IMG/VR virus record: IMGVR_UViG_3300030105_001626
Location: 1 to 64,000 of that record
Direction: 5' to 3' (one strand)
DNA length: 64,000 nucleotides
DNA from: a virus
The position numbers and the translations under genes are program-made. Numbering within the stretch: the first letter of the stretch is position 1; the number at the start of each line of letters is the position of its first letter. This document shows positions 9,077-18,584 of the stretch, piece after piece. Below the pieces are notes generated by a model that saw only the letters and a program-made list of their open reading frames with translations, did not search any database and was not told the origin of the DNA.

Positions 9077-10111
9077 CTAGACTTTCTTCCAGTATACTAA
9101 ATTTGTCTCTGCTTCCAAACCTGAAAAGGTATTACTACTTATAATATTTTCTATCTCACTTACACTCATTCCTGAGATAATCATGTCATTAATATCTTTC
9201 TTGCCGTGAAGTGTTGTAGGCCAAATTACGACATTCTGTTGCGAACTTACTGCAACTTGCATCATCTTCACAATCTCTTTGTTTCTTGGTTCATTATCAA
9301 AGATAAGCACTTTACTAGCACATTCAATACTTTTAGATGCTAAGTATAGATTTGCATCGCCAGATGCCAGACAGTTGTCTAAGAATAAACTATCTAGTGG
9401 CCCTTCTACAATCTTTACTGTTTTTGATAAATCAATTCTATCTAAACCAAAAGCTAACTTCTTATCACTTTCAATAACTCTCATTGTGACGTAACGAATG
9501 AGTTTATCATTAGATTCTAATGCACGACCTGACACAGCAATTAAATTATTATACTCATCATAGAAAGGAATTACCAATCTAGCATCATCAACTAATGGTT
9601 TGTCATGATTAGGTATAAGGTCATCAATGAACTGCTTATACTTTGGTGCAAAGAGTAAATGAGACCAGAACTTTTCTGGAATCTTTCTACCTTGTAAATA
9701 CTTAACACACCAATGTTCTACAGATAGTTGATTACACCATTCTGCATTGTCAAATGATTTTTGTTTTTGTATCTTATCAAATCTAGGTGGAGCTATTTCG
9801 AATTCAGGTTTTTTATAATTTGAATTACCAATCTCACCAGCTTTATATCTCTCTAGTATATATTCTTTATGTAGAGTTTCGTCAATAGACTTAATAAGAT
9901 TACCGACAGTAGTGCCTGAGCCACAATTATGACACCTATAAAACAAGTTATTTGCTTTTTGGTATACATAACCTCGAGCTTTAGATTTATTCTTTTGTGA
10001 ATCGCCACAGAAAGGGCAAGAAAAATTAAAGAGATAGTTGTTCTTCTGTTTGAAGTTTCTCAAACGATATGAGACCATCTTGGTATATTTAGAATCTATT
10101 ATTAATGACAT
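9077..10111 (-). CDS. 61: T4-type DNA primase gp61
   Basis: CPFCGDS..NKSKARG...CHNC zinc finger; TOPRIM VEGPLDSLF, DNEPRN, KDINDM. Confidence 0.96.
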   Translation of the reverse strand: MSLIIDSKYTKMVSYRLRNFKQKNNYLFNFSCPFCGDSQKNKSKARGYVYQKANNLFYRCHNCGSGTTVGNLIKSIDETLHKEYILERYKAGEIGNSNYKKPEFEIAPPRFDKIQKQKSFDNAEWCNQLSVEHWCVKYLQGRKIPEKFWSHLLFAPKYKQFIDDLIPNHDKPLVDDARLVIPFYDEYNNLIAVSGRALESNDKLIRYVTMRVIESDKKLAFGLDRIDLSKTVKIVEGPLDSLFLDNCLASGDANLYLASKSIECASKVLIFDNEPRNKEIVKMMQVAVSSQQNVVIWPTTLHGKKDINDMIISGMSVSEIENIISSNTFSGLEAETNLVYWKKV

Positions 10112-10117
10112 TGTGTA

Positions 10118-10146
10118 ATTATAACAGGTAAGGCTACTTATGTCAA
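10118..10146 (-). promoter_or_regulatory. sigma70-type promoter for gp61 (probably leaderless mRNA)
   Basis: TTGACA-N17-TATAAT, with the ATG 6 nt after the -10 box. Confidence 0.8.
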
Positions 10147-10147
10147 G

Positions 10148-10564
10148 TTAAAACAGGTCAAATATCTCAAGTTCGCCTAAAAGAAAACCAAGTGCTAACA
10201 CAAAACCTATAAGAAAGTATTTAGCTTTATCGATATCGGCCCACTTTACAAATGGATTTCTATCATCTTTCTTATGCTTGATTAAATCATTTTTTATTTC
10301 GTCTAACTTATCTGTAATACGGTCTTCTATCTGGTCTATTTTTGTATGAATATCTCTAATATCGTCATGTAATCCGTCTGATAGTTTTTCTTGTTGGTCA
10401 AGTCTCTGCTCATGCAAAGAAATCATTTTAACGATATTCTGGTTAGTCTCTTGTATCTTATCTAGAGTTAGTTGAGTTCTATCAAATAAAGATTCACACT
10501 TTTCTGCATCTTTTTTCAACAGTTCAGTGGCTATCTTTAATTCGATTATGTCTTTATCTGACAT
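10148..10564 (-). CDS. coiled-coil protein with C-terminal TM helix
   Basis: Heptad-rich sequence, LHEQRL motif, C-terminal hydrophobic segment. Confidence 0.7.
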   Translation of the reverse strand: MSDKDIIELKIATELLKKDAEKCESLFDRTQLTLDKIQETNQNIVKMISLHEQRLDQQEKLSDGLHDDIRDIHTKIDQIEDRITDKLDEIKNDLIKHKKDDRNPFVKWADIDKAKYFLIGFVLALGFLLGELEIFDLF

Positions 10565-10905
10565 TACGAATCTACGTTTTTAGTTTTTTTAGAGTACGCC
10601 TGTGTTCCATAAAATGCGGCTACAATAGCTGCGACTGATACAAAGTATGTAGCTGCCATATCACCTAATATTTTAGCTGCACCATCTAGACTGAGTGCTA
10701 CTGCGAGTACGACTGCGAATGGATATAATAACATACCTCCAAGAGCAAACCACGCCATGTTCCTTTGAGCGTCTTCTCTCTTGTCTTCATTCTCTAATCG
10801 TATTTGTCTTTCTTCCAATTTAAATTCCTCATCGCTAACTACGCCATTATTGTCGGCATCAAACTTTGCATACTTAGATGTCGATTCAAGTTTCTTTGCT
10901 ACCAT
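10564..10905 (-). CDS. membrane protein with EF-hand-like loop (holin-like candidate)
   Basis: DADNNGVVSDEE loop followed by two TM helices. Confidence 0.65.
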   Translation of the reverse strand: MVAKKLESTSKYAKFDADNNGVVSDEEFKLEERQIRLENEDKREDAQRNMAWFALGGMLLYPFAVVLAVALSLDGAAKILGDMAATYFVSVAAIVAAFYGTQAYSKKTKNVDS

Positions 10906-10918
10906 GGTTTCTCCTAAA

Positions 10919-11200
10919 TTAAACTACTAGAGACCCAACAGATATTAATGTAGATATTAAACCATTTAATTTAGTTCTTACTTCAAGTTCACCAGCTGCT
11001 GCTTCTACTACTTTTGTGTTTTCTAAATCAACTAGAAATTCTTTATATTCGTCAAAAGATATTTCTTTTGCTTCAAAAAGTTCTTTAAAGTTTTGTGTTT
11101 CTACTACCAAGTCTACAACAGATACATTGTCTGACTTAAGTAATTCTTCTATTTGTTCTTCTAGACTTTGAAGTCCTTCTGTTATTTTATCAAGACTCAT
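10919..11200 (-). CDS. hypothetical protein
   Basis: ORF track; coupled to upstream lipoprotein gene. Confidence 0.65.
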   Translation of the reverse strand: MSLDKITEGLQSLEEQIEELLKSDNVSVVDLVVETQNFKELFEAKEISFDEYKEFLVDLENTKVVEAAAGELEVRTKLNGLISTLISVGSLVV

Positions 11201-11598
11201 CGTGGTTTTCCTCCAACTACATTCTGAATTGTTATTGCATTTTTATTCAGTAAATCAAACTTAATGGTACAATACAATTTACTTACTTTTGGGTCAACGT
11301 CATATTTAACGTGTAGACCTTTTGCAATGCCTTTTAATGCTTCAGACATTTTTATTGTCTGTTCATTGTTTGGAATTGAAGCAGAGTAATTATTAAACTC
11401 ATTCACTTTAATCCAAAGACTATTAACTAATGGTTTCGCATACTTAGTGCCACAATGCTCTTCACCTAAAGATGTCGTTGTTCTAATTTGATTTATGATA
11501 TAATATTCATTATTGTCAAATTTTGCCATATTGTAACTATCTATGATAGCACAACCTTGTAATACGAATAGTGCCAATACTATAATTAATTTTTTCAT
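11197..11598 (-). CDS. lipoprotein
   Basis: Signal peptide with LQGC lipobox. Confidence 0.75.
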   Translation of the reverse strand: MKKLIIVLALFVLQGCAIIDSYNMAKFDNNEYYIINQIRTTTSLGEEHCGTKYAKPLVNSLWIKVNEFNNYSASIPNNEQTIKMSEALKGIAKGLHVKYDVDPKVSKLYCTIKFDLLNKNAITIQNVVGGKPR

Positions 11599-12041
11599 TT
11601 ACACCAACTCTCCTTTTTTTTACCATAATATTCTCTTGCGTAACCTTTTTCAAGTAATTGTTTTGTTAAACTCTTGCCATCTAGTATAACATCACCAATA
11701 ACTCGGCCTCCATACTTATCCCATTTCATTATAACTACTTTAGTAGTCGTTGCGTTCTTAACTAAAGCCTTTGTAAAGGCAGAAGCTTCTTGTCCTTTCT
11801 TAGCCTCTGATGGGCACTCTGCACGATGTCCTTTCTCAGGAGTATCAACACCATAAACACGAATACTTAGTTCTTGTTTTAGTGGAGCAGGTAGAAAGTT
11901 AGCTTGAAATGCAACAGTATCTCCATCAATAACTCTTGTTATTTTATAATCATATTCCATGCCCACCAACTCTTTAGAAAATACTGATATAGAGGTGAGG
12001 CCTAATATTATGATTGTAACTGCAATGAAGATTTTATTCAT
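11595..12041 (-). CDS. thermonuclease (SNase family) with signal peptide
   Basis: RVIDGDT, IRVYGVDTPE, DKYGGRVIG motifs. Confidence 0.92.
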   Translation of the reverse strand: MNKIFIAVTIIILGLTSISVFSKELVGMEYDYKITRVIDGDTVAFQANFLPAPLKQELSIRVYGVDTPEKGHRAECPSEAKKGQEASAFTKALVKNATTTKVVIMKWDKYGGRVIGDVILDGKSLTKQLLEKGYAREYYGKKKESWCK

Positions 12042-12134
12042 TTATTTTTTCTTTTTAGTTGGTACTATTTTTAATTTAGGTGCTTTTTTAACTGGTTGTG
12101 TTTCTACAATTGGTTTAGGTCTTAAAATTCTCAT
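12042..12134 (-). CDS. small basic protein (30 aa)
   Basis: MRILRPKPIVETQPVKKAPKLKIVPTKKKK*; AGGAGA RBS; late-promoter-like GATAAATA at 12157-12164. Confidence 0.55.
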   Translation of the reverse strand: MRILRPKPIVETQPVKKAPKLKIVPTKKKK

Positions 12135-12155
12135 GTGTTTCTCCTTTGTGAATAT

Positions 12156-12554
12156 CTATTTATCTTGCTTTGGTTCGTAATATTCTTTATATTTAATAAT
12201 AATTGTTTTTTGTGATTTCATATAATTTCTTATTTCAGCCATCGTTATAGACAACTCTTCATATCCATTATCAGTCAATGCGAATAAGACTAAATCAATA
12301 TTCTTATTCTTTAGTTTTTCAAACACCTTTTCTGCATTATCAGGAGTAACAACATACCATTTAGGTGCTCTTGGTTCTAATTGCGGAGGGTTAGGTAGAT
12401 TAAGAGGAACTCTATCTACAGCTACAGACTTAATTTCTATTTGTTTGACATCATTATCATCAAATAAACTAAATGATGCACACCCCTGTAAACTAAGGAG
12501 TAGTAGGGATATAATTAGGATTTGCAATCGATGGGCATTCACGGTTAGTCTCAC
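12156..12554 (-). CDS. outer-membrane lipoprotein, o-spanin-like
   Basis: LQGC lipobox and Pro-rich linker; overlaps the upstream TM/coiled-coil gene. Confidence 0.65.
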   Translation of the reverse strand: MRLTVNAHRLQILIISLLLLSLQGCASFSLFDDNDVKQIEIKSVAVDRVPLNLPNPPQLEPRAPKWYVVTPDNAEKVFEKLKNKNIDLVLFALTDNGYEELSITMAEIRNYMKSQKTIIIKYKEYYEPKQDK

Positions 12555-12978
12555 TTGTTAATTTAGCGTTAAGTTCTTTTTCAGTATGTGGAGCACCAGT
12601 TAATAGTTCTAAACATCTAACTGTATTTTTTGTTCCACGGTTAATCAATCTTTCTATTACTTTTGGTTTGACAGCTGCAAGTGTACCAAAATCTCTTTTG
12701 TCTCCATTAGCTTTGACATTAAATTTGTCTGTCAGTTTTTTAATCTCTTTTTGATTCTCTGTATTAAGGTCATTCAATTGTTGATTGATTACTTGAATCG
12801 AAGTAACATCGTCTTGCATTTTATCAACCAAATATTGTTGCTCTTTGATGCCTTCTTCTAACTTGGCACTATTAGCTTCACTGATTGCAAGATTAGCTTT
12901 TAAATTTGAGACGTGCCAAAGGCCGCCTGCAAGTATTAATACAATAATCAATATAGCAATCATCTTCACTGCACCCAT
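12493..12978 (-). CDS. inner-membrane coiled-coil protein, i-spanin-like
   Basis: N-terminal TM helix, long coiled coil, C-terminal Cys pair. Confidence 0.65.
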   Translation of the reverse strand: MGAVKMIAILIIVLILAGGLWHVSNLKANLAISEANSAKLEEGIKEQQYLVDKMQDDVTSIQVINQQLNDLNTENQKEIKKLTDKFNVKANGDKRDFGTLAAVKPKVIERLINRGTKNTVRCLELLTGAPHTEKELNAKLTSETNRECPSIANPNYIPTTP

Positions 12979-14006
12979 TATACAGGAGTTTTCCTATTAA
13001 ATGCGGCAAACCCCATAACGGCATCTTTTTTGTTTTTCTTTCTAGGTAACATTACACCTGGTTCGCCTTCTGCTCCAACACCGACTCCTGCAATGGCGCC
13101 GCCACCTGAGGCATTAGCTGGTGCATCTTCATTCTTAGTTTCAGGTTCATTTTCCATGTAATGACCAACACTATTCATATAATCTGCAGCCTTGGTAATC
13201 TTAGATTGAACCCACGCTTCTATATTATAATCAGGACCTTTTGCTTCTAGAGTTTTAATAAGGTCTGTGCCATATTCACACATTGTTTTTAATTGACTAA
13301 CAGCCATAGAAACTTCTCTATCTTCTTTTACCATTTTCTTTTCTTTATCATTATATTCTTTAACATTAGGGTTCATGCCACATGAAGCTTCTTTATATGT
13401 GCTATAATCCATTTTCTTAGGTTGGTCTTTGTATTTTAATTTTATTGGTTTAGGATTCTGAGCATCTTTTATTTTTTGGTCTGCTCTTCCTTTTTCTAAT
13501 TTTTCTTTAGAACCCCAATAGTTAGGTTTAACTTTAGCGCCACCAACTTCTTCTTTAATTTTATCTTTAATAACTGGTGAAAATGTAACTGCAGGTTTCT
13601 TTTTAGGTAGAGGAACTAATGGTTGTTTTGGTCCACCATATTCATTTAGGCCTTTTTGAAATGTATGCCAACTTGACCTATCTTCAGTCATTTTATAAGC
13701 ACCACCAAATTTATTTAATTTAAGACCATGTTTCTTTTCTAAATCTTTCATGGTTTTCGCATGAGTAGTTTGGTCTTTCATTGCTTCAGTATGATTTGGA
13801 CTTGTAGAGTAAGATTTCATTGCTTTCGTAAAAGCTTTATGATGCAACTTTCTTGCAGTGTTATGTTGTTCTACGCCATCTTCAGAGATATCTTGGCCAA
13901 CTTGACCACCAGCAACATCGACTGAATCATCTTTATATTTCTTAATCATGCCTTGCTGTTTTGTTTTAGAAGGCTCTACGTTTGTTTTATTTTTTGTTTC
14001 CATCAA
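12978..14006 (-). CDS. charged modular protein, putative internal head protein
   Basis: Lys/Glu-rich with many xxE junctions; EAWVQSKITKAADY and EDAPAN..G modules. Confidence 0.65.
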   Translation of the reverse strand: MMETKNKTNVEPSKTKQQGMIKKYKDDSVDVAGGQVGQDISEDGVEQHNTARKLHHKAFTKAMKSYSTSPNHTEAMKDQTTHAKTMKDLEKKHGLKLNKFGGAYKMTEDRSSWHTFQKGLNEYGGPKQPLVPLPKKKPAVTFSPVIKDKIKEEVGGAKVKPNYWGSKEKLEKGRADQKIKDAQNPKPIKLKYKDQPKKMDYSTYKEASCGMNPNVKEYNDKEKKMVKEDREVSMAVSQLKTMCEYGTDLIKTLEAKGPDYNIEAWVQSKITKAADYMNSVGHYMENEPETKNEDAPANASGGGAIAGVGVGAEGEPGVMLPRKKNKKDAVMGFAAFNRKTPV

Positions 14007-14395
14007 ATTGTCTCTCTTAAAATAATTTCTACTCGTGAATCAATAGGTATATCGGCTGATATAAGGTCAACACCTTGAATACCTATTACCGTATTTGGCA
14101 TTAGGTTAAGAAATGTTAAATAAGTCTTAAGTGCTGAGTAATCTTCAGGTACCATTTTATAAAATAACAATCTAGTTGCTACTACTGGACCAAAAACATT
14201 ACAAAGAACTATTAAATGATTTATTATTAATCGTTCTTTTATTTCACCAACTGACCTATATCGTTTAAATAGTCTCTTAAGATAATTGAATCTCTTCATA
14301 TCATCTTTAAATTCACTCATGACACAATTAGGTCTATCATAAGCTTTTACTGCATACATCATTAAACTATCATGGTTTAAATTATCAAATATCAT
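14003..14395 (-). CDS. conserved T4-like hypothetical protein
   Basis: YA.KAYD.P.C...EF..D.KRF.YLKRL...KERLIINH pattern. Confidence 0.8.
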   Translation of the reverse strand: MIFDNLNHDSLMMYAVKAYDRPNCVMSEFKDDMKRFNYLKRLFKRYRSVGEIKERLIINHLIVLCNVFGPVVATRLLFYKMVPEDYSALKTYLTFLNLMPNTVIGIQGVDLISADIPIDSRVEIILRETI

Positions 14396-14406
14396 ATTAC
14401 TCCAGA

Positions 14407-14841
14407 TTATTCTAGTTCTAGTTCTTCCTCATCTTCTTCATCTGCTAGAATTTCATCCAAAGATTCATTATCAATTGCTTCAGCATAAAAATCATATGTG
14501 CCATCGTCTGCTAGATAATATAAAATATACATTGAATATTCTTCAACTGATAATTCATTACCAAATTGATTTAATTCAATTGTTAATTCGTCTTCTTGTG
14601 GATTAAGGTCATAAAGTGTAGGTATATCTAAAGCGTGTCTACTTAATACTTTACGAACCGTCTGTATGCCCGAATATGGAGACTTAACTTCTACTAATTC
14701 TCTAGAGAGGCGGAGGTTTATGTCCGCTCTAACTCTAGGATTAGATATTGAAGTTGCACCAAGTCCATTTGGCGTGAGTGTTTTAATCGCTTGGCCAGAA
14801 TCTGTAGCTACAGTCTGGCTCAAATATTGTTTAAAGTTCAT
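14407..14841 (-). CDS. acidic hypothetical protein
   Basis: ORF track. Confidence 0.65.
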   Translation of the reverse strand: MNFKQYLSQTVATDSGQAIKTLTPNGLGATSISNPRVRADINLRLSRELVEVKSPYSGIQTVRKVLSRHALDIPTLYDLNPQEDELTIELNQFGNELSVEEYSMYILYYLADDGTYDFYAEAIDNESLDEILADEEDEEELELE

Positions 14842-14844
14842 TTG

Positions 14845-16419
14845 TTATAAAGGCGTTGCATCACCAGTAATACTACCCATAGCAACTAATGTTTCATAGT
14901 TGACACGACCAGCACGACCGCCTGTACCAATAGTTTCTCTAACCCAACCAGCGTGAGTGATTTGAGAACCGCCAGGACCTGAACCTCTGATTGCCTCTGC
15001 AGTTGCTTGAACTACTGTAGCAGTTAGTGGTATAACAAAGTGTTGAGCATTATTACCTGTGCCTGTAACTTTTGGAATGTCTTCTATTGCATAAGTTAAT
15101 CCAGTCGGAGTACCAGCTGTTGTAACTATTGCAGCATTATTATTAATTTCAGTTAAAGTGAAACCTGTTCTTGATGAAGCAGCGCCGCCTGTTACAGCAG
15201 AAACTCTATAAGATTTAGGTGAACCAGCATATCCTGTGATACTACCACTTCCGCCGAGAGTACCTGATATTGTAATTACATCGTCAACTGCAAGTGCAGT
15301 TGCACCCATTGAGAATACACCAGCTGTATTAGTAATTGCGACAGTGCCTGCAGGATTTGTTATAGTATTTGTTTCTTTAACTTGGAAAGTTGATGCAGAT
15401 AATCCTGTTCCTGTAGCAATAAAGTAAGTTGTACCAGAAGTTAAACCAGTTGCAGTTGTACCACCGCCATTATTATAAACTAAAGAAAAACCAGCTGTAC
15501 TAGGTCTTGTGCCACCAAATGTAAATACACTTGAGTTTACTGCCAAAGCAGATGTAGCAATTGTCATTCTAGGACTATCAATTGTAACTGCTGGAATAGT
15601 TGCGTAATTTGAACCTAAGTTTGTCATTACTGTACCACCTACTACCATACTTCCGCCTGAGAATTGTGCAACAGCCGTTGCAGTTATTCCTTTTAAAGAT
15701 TGATTATTGTTACCTGTTCCTGTAAGAGCTACTTTAGTTCCAGCACCTGAATTAGCTAATGTTGAAGCTAATGCAACTGTTGTTGCTGTAAGTTTGATAA
15801 TAAAATAAGTTGTACCATCAGCTAAACCACCTAATACTGTACCACTATTAGCTAAATATTTAACTGCGGTGCCAGTTGTTGGAACAGCTGCAGCTGCTAA
15901 TGTAATTGTGTCAGTTGCAATTGTAACAGCTGTTGTAGCAAATACTGATTGTCCTGCTCCAGCTATTGTTACAGCCGGTACTTCAGCTGTAGGATATCCT
16001 AAACCTAAATTTATTTCAGATATACCTACAATATTGTCTTCACTTCTTTCAGTTTCTTCTGTATCTATACCAAATACATCCTTTGGATTATTTTCATTAT
16101 GAACAGATGAAGCTGATATTGAACGAGGTTTCTCATTTAGTGTATATTGAGCACCAGTACTGACTGTTGTCATTGTAGAGCCAGGTATTCCTGCTTTTAC
16201 TTTACAACTTGTATTTGATGCTACTGATGTGATTAAATATGAATCAAGATATCCGGCGCCGCCAGTTGTTACGACTATGTAGCCAAATGTTCCTTTACCA
16301 ACAGCGGGTTTTGCTTGTGTCAAAAATGCAGTGCCGCTCCCTGTTACAACACCAGTGCTACCATTAATTGCTATAGTACCTGATGATGGTTTGTCGTCTC
16401 TGTTTCCCCATAAAGCCAT
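14845..16419 (-). CDS. virion structural/fibre-like protein
   Basis: MALWG N-terminus, HAGWV..GRAGRV..ETLVAM C-terminus, Thr/Gly/Ala-rich beta repeats; late promoter upstream. Confidence 0.8.
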   Translation of the reverse strand: MALWGNRDDKPSSGTIAINGSTGVVTGSGTAFLTQAKPAVGKGTFGYIVVTTGGAGYLDSYLITSVASNTSCKVKAGIPGSTMTTVSTGAQYTLNEKPRSISASSVHNENNPKDVFGIDTEETERSEDNIVGISEINLGLGYPTAEVPAVTIAGAGQSVFATTAVTIATDTITLAAAAVPTTGTAVKYLANSGTVLGGLADGTTYFIIKLTATTVALASTLANSGAGTKVALTGTGNNNQSLKGITATAVAQFSGGSMVVGGTVMTNLGSNYATIPAVTIDSPRMTIATSALAVNSSVFTFGGTRPSTAGFSLVYNNGGGTTATGLTSGTTYFIATGTGLSASTFQVKETNTITNPAGTVAITNTAGVFSMGATALAVDDVITISGTLGGSGSITGYAGSPKSYRVSAVTGGAASSRTGFTLTEINNNAAIVTTAGTPTGLTYAIEDIPKVTGTGNNAQHFVIPLTATVVQATAEAIRGSGPGGSQITHAGWVRETIGTGGRAGRVNYETLVAMGSITGDATPL

Positions 16420-16474
16420 GTGTATCTCCTTATTGTTTCTTTTTTTTGTTTAATTAATATTTTACTTTATAATC

Positions 16475-16482
16475 TATTTATA
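16475..16482 (-). promoter_or_regulatory. T4-type late promoter
   Basis: Exact TATAAATA upstream of 14845..16419. Confidence 0.75.
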
Positions 16483-16494
16483 CCATCAACGTGT

Positions 16495-18564
16495 CTAGTT
16501 ACTGTCATTCTTACTGATGTTGTTATTCAAAGTAGGCTCGTTCTGAAAGGTCTCAGGCTTTACTTTCTTATCTTTTTCTTTCTTAGCTGCTTCTTTTACC
16601 GTTTGTACCTTTTTACTTAAATCATATGGTTTATTTCTAGGTCTTTGCGAATAATCAGGAATTTTAGATTTACCAGTCGCAAAACTCTTTTGTGTTTCCA
16701 TATCATTTAATTTCTTAGCAACACGGTCTGAAGCTGAAGATTCTTTTACCACCATACTCTTTAGTTTGTCTTTTCTTTTTGACATGTATCTTGAAGCTGG
16801 AGTACTATCTTTTGCAATTTTTGCTTTTGATTTTGCTATTTTCTTCGCATATCCAGGATTAGTCTTATCTATCATATTAGCAATATCATTATCTTCTTTT
16901 GCTAATTTTTGAGTTGCAGTATGAATGCCTTTCGTTCTTACTTTCATTCGTTGGCTATACATATCTTTCATTTCATTATCTCTTGGTCGAGTTGCATAAG
17001 CTCTACCTTGAGCATTACGACTTAATGAACCTGCAGCTTGTGGTATATAACTTTTTAATGTATTTTTAGATAACTCATCTAAAGACTCATTCTTTGGTTT
17101 AGTTAAAGCTTGTTCATTAGGACCATAACCTTTTGGTGTTACATCTGTAGTTTTAAAACTATTTGCTGGCATATTTTTCTTAGCAACTCGTTTCATTAGT
17201 TGTTGAATATGTGGAGGTAATTCTTTCTTCTTAGCGGGTTTAGAATTAGCAAGTCTCGCATCTTCTTTTCTATTTGTATCTATATTTTTATAGTAACCTT
17301 CTTTGATATCTCTAACAGTAGGTCTTAAAAGTGCAGCTACTTCTTCATTCTTAAATGAACCAGGTGATGAGACTGAATCAGAACCCATTGTGTCTGCCCA
17401 TTGACTTGTGTTTGGTTTTTTGTGTTTAGATGGTGCATTTTTTAAAGTACTTGCAAGTCTCTGATTATCTGTTTTGCCTTTAGGTTCACCTCCATATTCT
17501 CTTTGAGTCTTTTGTTGTGTTACAATCTTATTAGCTCTTTGGCGATTAGATTCTTTTGTTCTAGCTAACTTCTCTGCAGGTGTCTCTTCAATCATTCTTT
17601 GTGGTTCTTTAGTGTGAAGATGAACATCAATACCTTTAGTGTCTTTTGCACCAAATTGTTTTGCTGCATTTTTAGCTGCATCATATGATGATGTGCCTTT
17701 AACTTTTCTTGTACCATGTTTAACATGAACAGCTGTGTAATCTCTATTTTCTTTAGTTAATTTATCTGTAGCTCTATTAATACCTTTTCTTCGATTGAAA
17801 ATTGTTCTTTGTCTAGCCATACGCTCTGCTCGAGTATCATCAAAAGAAGCTTCTGGTTCATTATCTCTCACATGGTCAGTAGCATCTTTATGTGCTTTCT
17901 TAATATAAGAACCCATTGTTTTTGGTGCTAACTCATTTAATTCTATCTGTTGTAAACGAAAGTCTGTAATTTCTGAATCTGTCATTTCTGATATAGCGAT
18001 AATTAAGTCATTTCTATAGCTTTCTGTAGCTTCTATTCTACTGCCGCCTTTGTAATCACCACTTCTATCTACATTAGTTTCAGTAAAAGAATCTACATAA
18101 GATTTATTAGTGTTTCGTTTGCGGCCTCCAGCAGTACTTTCTCTTTCTTTTGTTTTTTTCATTGGACCAATATATGCTTTTTTGCTTGGGTCTTTTCTCA
18201 TTCCTGCAGTTTTAACTTCTTTAGCACCTGCAAAAGGAAGTGAATCTTCTTTCACACAATTATTTACACGCTTGCCTGTGTTTTTGCCAGTTCCTGGTTT
18301 TGTGCCTTTTTTTCTATAGCCGTCCCAACACTTATCATATCCATCCACAGCATCCGCTTCTTTCATGATATTGTCATGATTAGCAATTGCATATTCATTA
18401 GCATCCTTTTCGTTATCAAATTCTTTAGCAATACTACCACTGTTGTTGTAGACACAATATGTTCCATCTTTATGTCTCGTAACGTGGTCTTTAGGGTCCA
18501 TTTCTTCGTTTTGAGTAAAAGATTCAAGTGCCTTTCGTTTTTGTTCTTTCAGTGTTATTGCCAT
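16495..18564 (-). CDS. large basic modular protein, putative gp21-processed internal head polyprotein
   Basis: Internal repeats LNELAPKTMGSYIKKA / LDELSKNTLKSYIPQA and RRKGINRATDKLTKE / RTKGIHTATQKLAKE. Confidence 0.7.
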   Translation of the reverse strand: MAITLKEQKRKALESFTQNEEMDPKDHVTRHKDGTYCVYNNSGSIAKEFDNEKDANEYAIANHDNIMKEADAVDGYDKCWDGYRKKGTKPGTGKNTGKRVNNCVKEDSLPFAGAKEVKTAGMRKDPSKKAYIGPMKKTKERESTAGGRKRNTNKSYVDSFTETNVDRSGDYKGGSRIEATESYRNDLIIAISEMTDSEITDFRLQQIELNELAPKTMGSYIKKAHKDATDHVRDNEPEASFDDTRAERMARQRTIFNRRKGINRATDKLTKENRDYTAVHVKHGTRKVKGTSSYDAAKNAAKQFGAKDTKGIDVHLHTKEPQRMIEETPAEKLARTKESNRQRANKIVTQQKTQREYGGEPKGKTDNQRLASTLKNAPSKHKKPNTSQWADTMGSDSVSSPGSFKNEEVAALLRPTVRDIKEGYYKNIDTNRKEDARLANSKPAKKKELPPHIQQLMKRVAKKNMPANSFKTTDVTPKGYGPNEQALTKPKNESLDELSKNTLKSYIPQAAGSLSRNAQGRAYATRPRDNEMKDMYSQRMKVRTKGIHTATQKLAKEDNDIANMIDKTNPGYAKKIAKSKAKIAKDSTPASRYMSKRKDKLKSMVVKESSASDRVAKKLNDMETQKSFATGKSKIPDYSQRPRNKPYDLSKKVQTVKEAAKKEKDKKVKPETFQNEPTLNNNISKNDSN

Positions 18565-18584
18565 TTTTACTTCCTTAATTTGAA

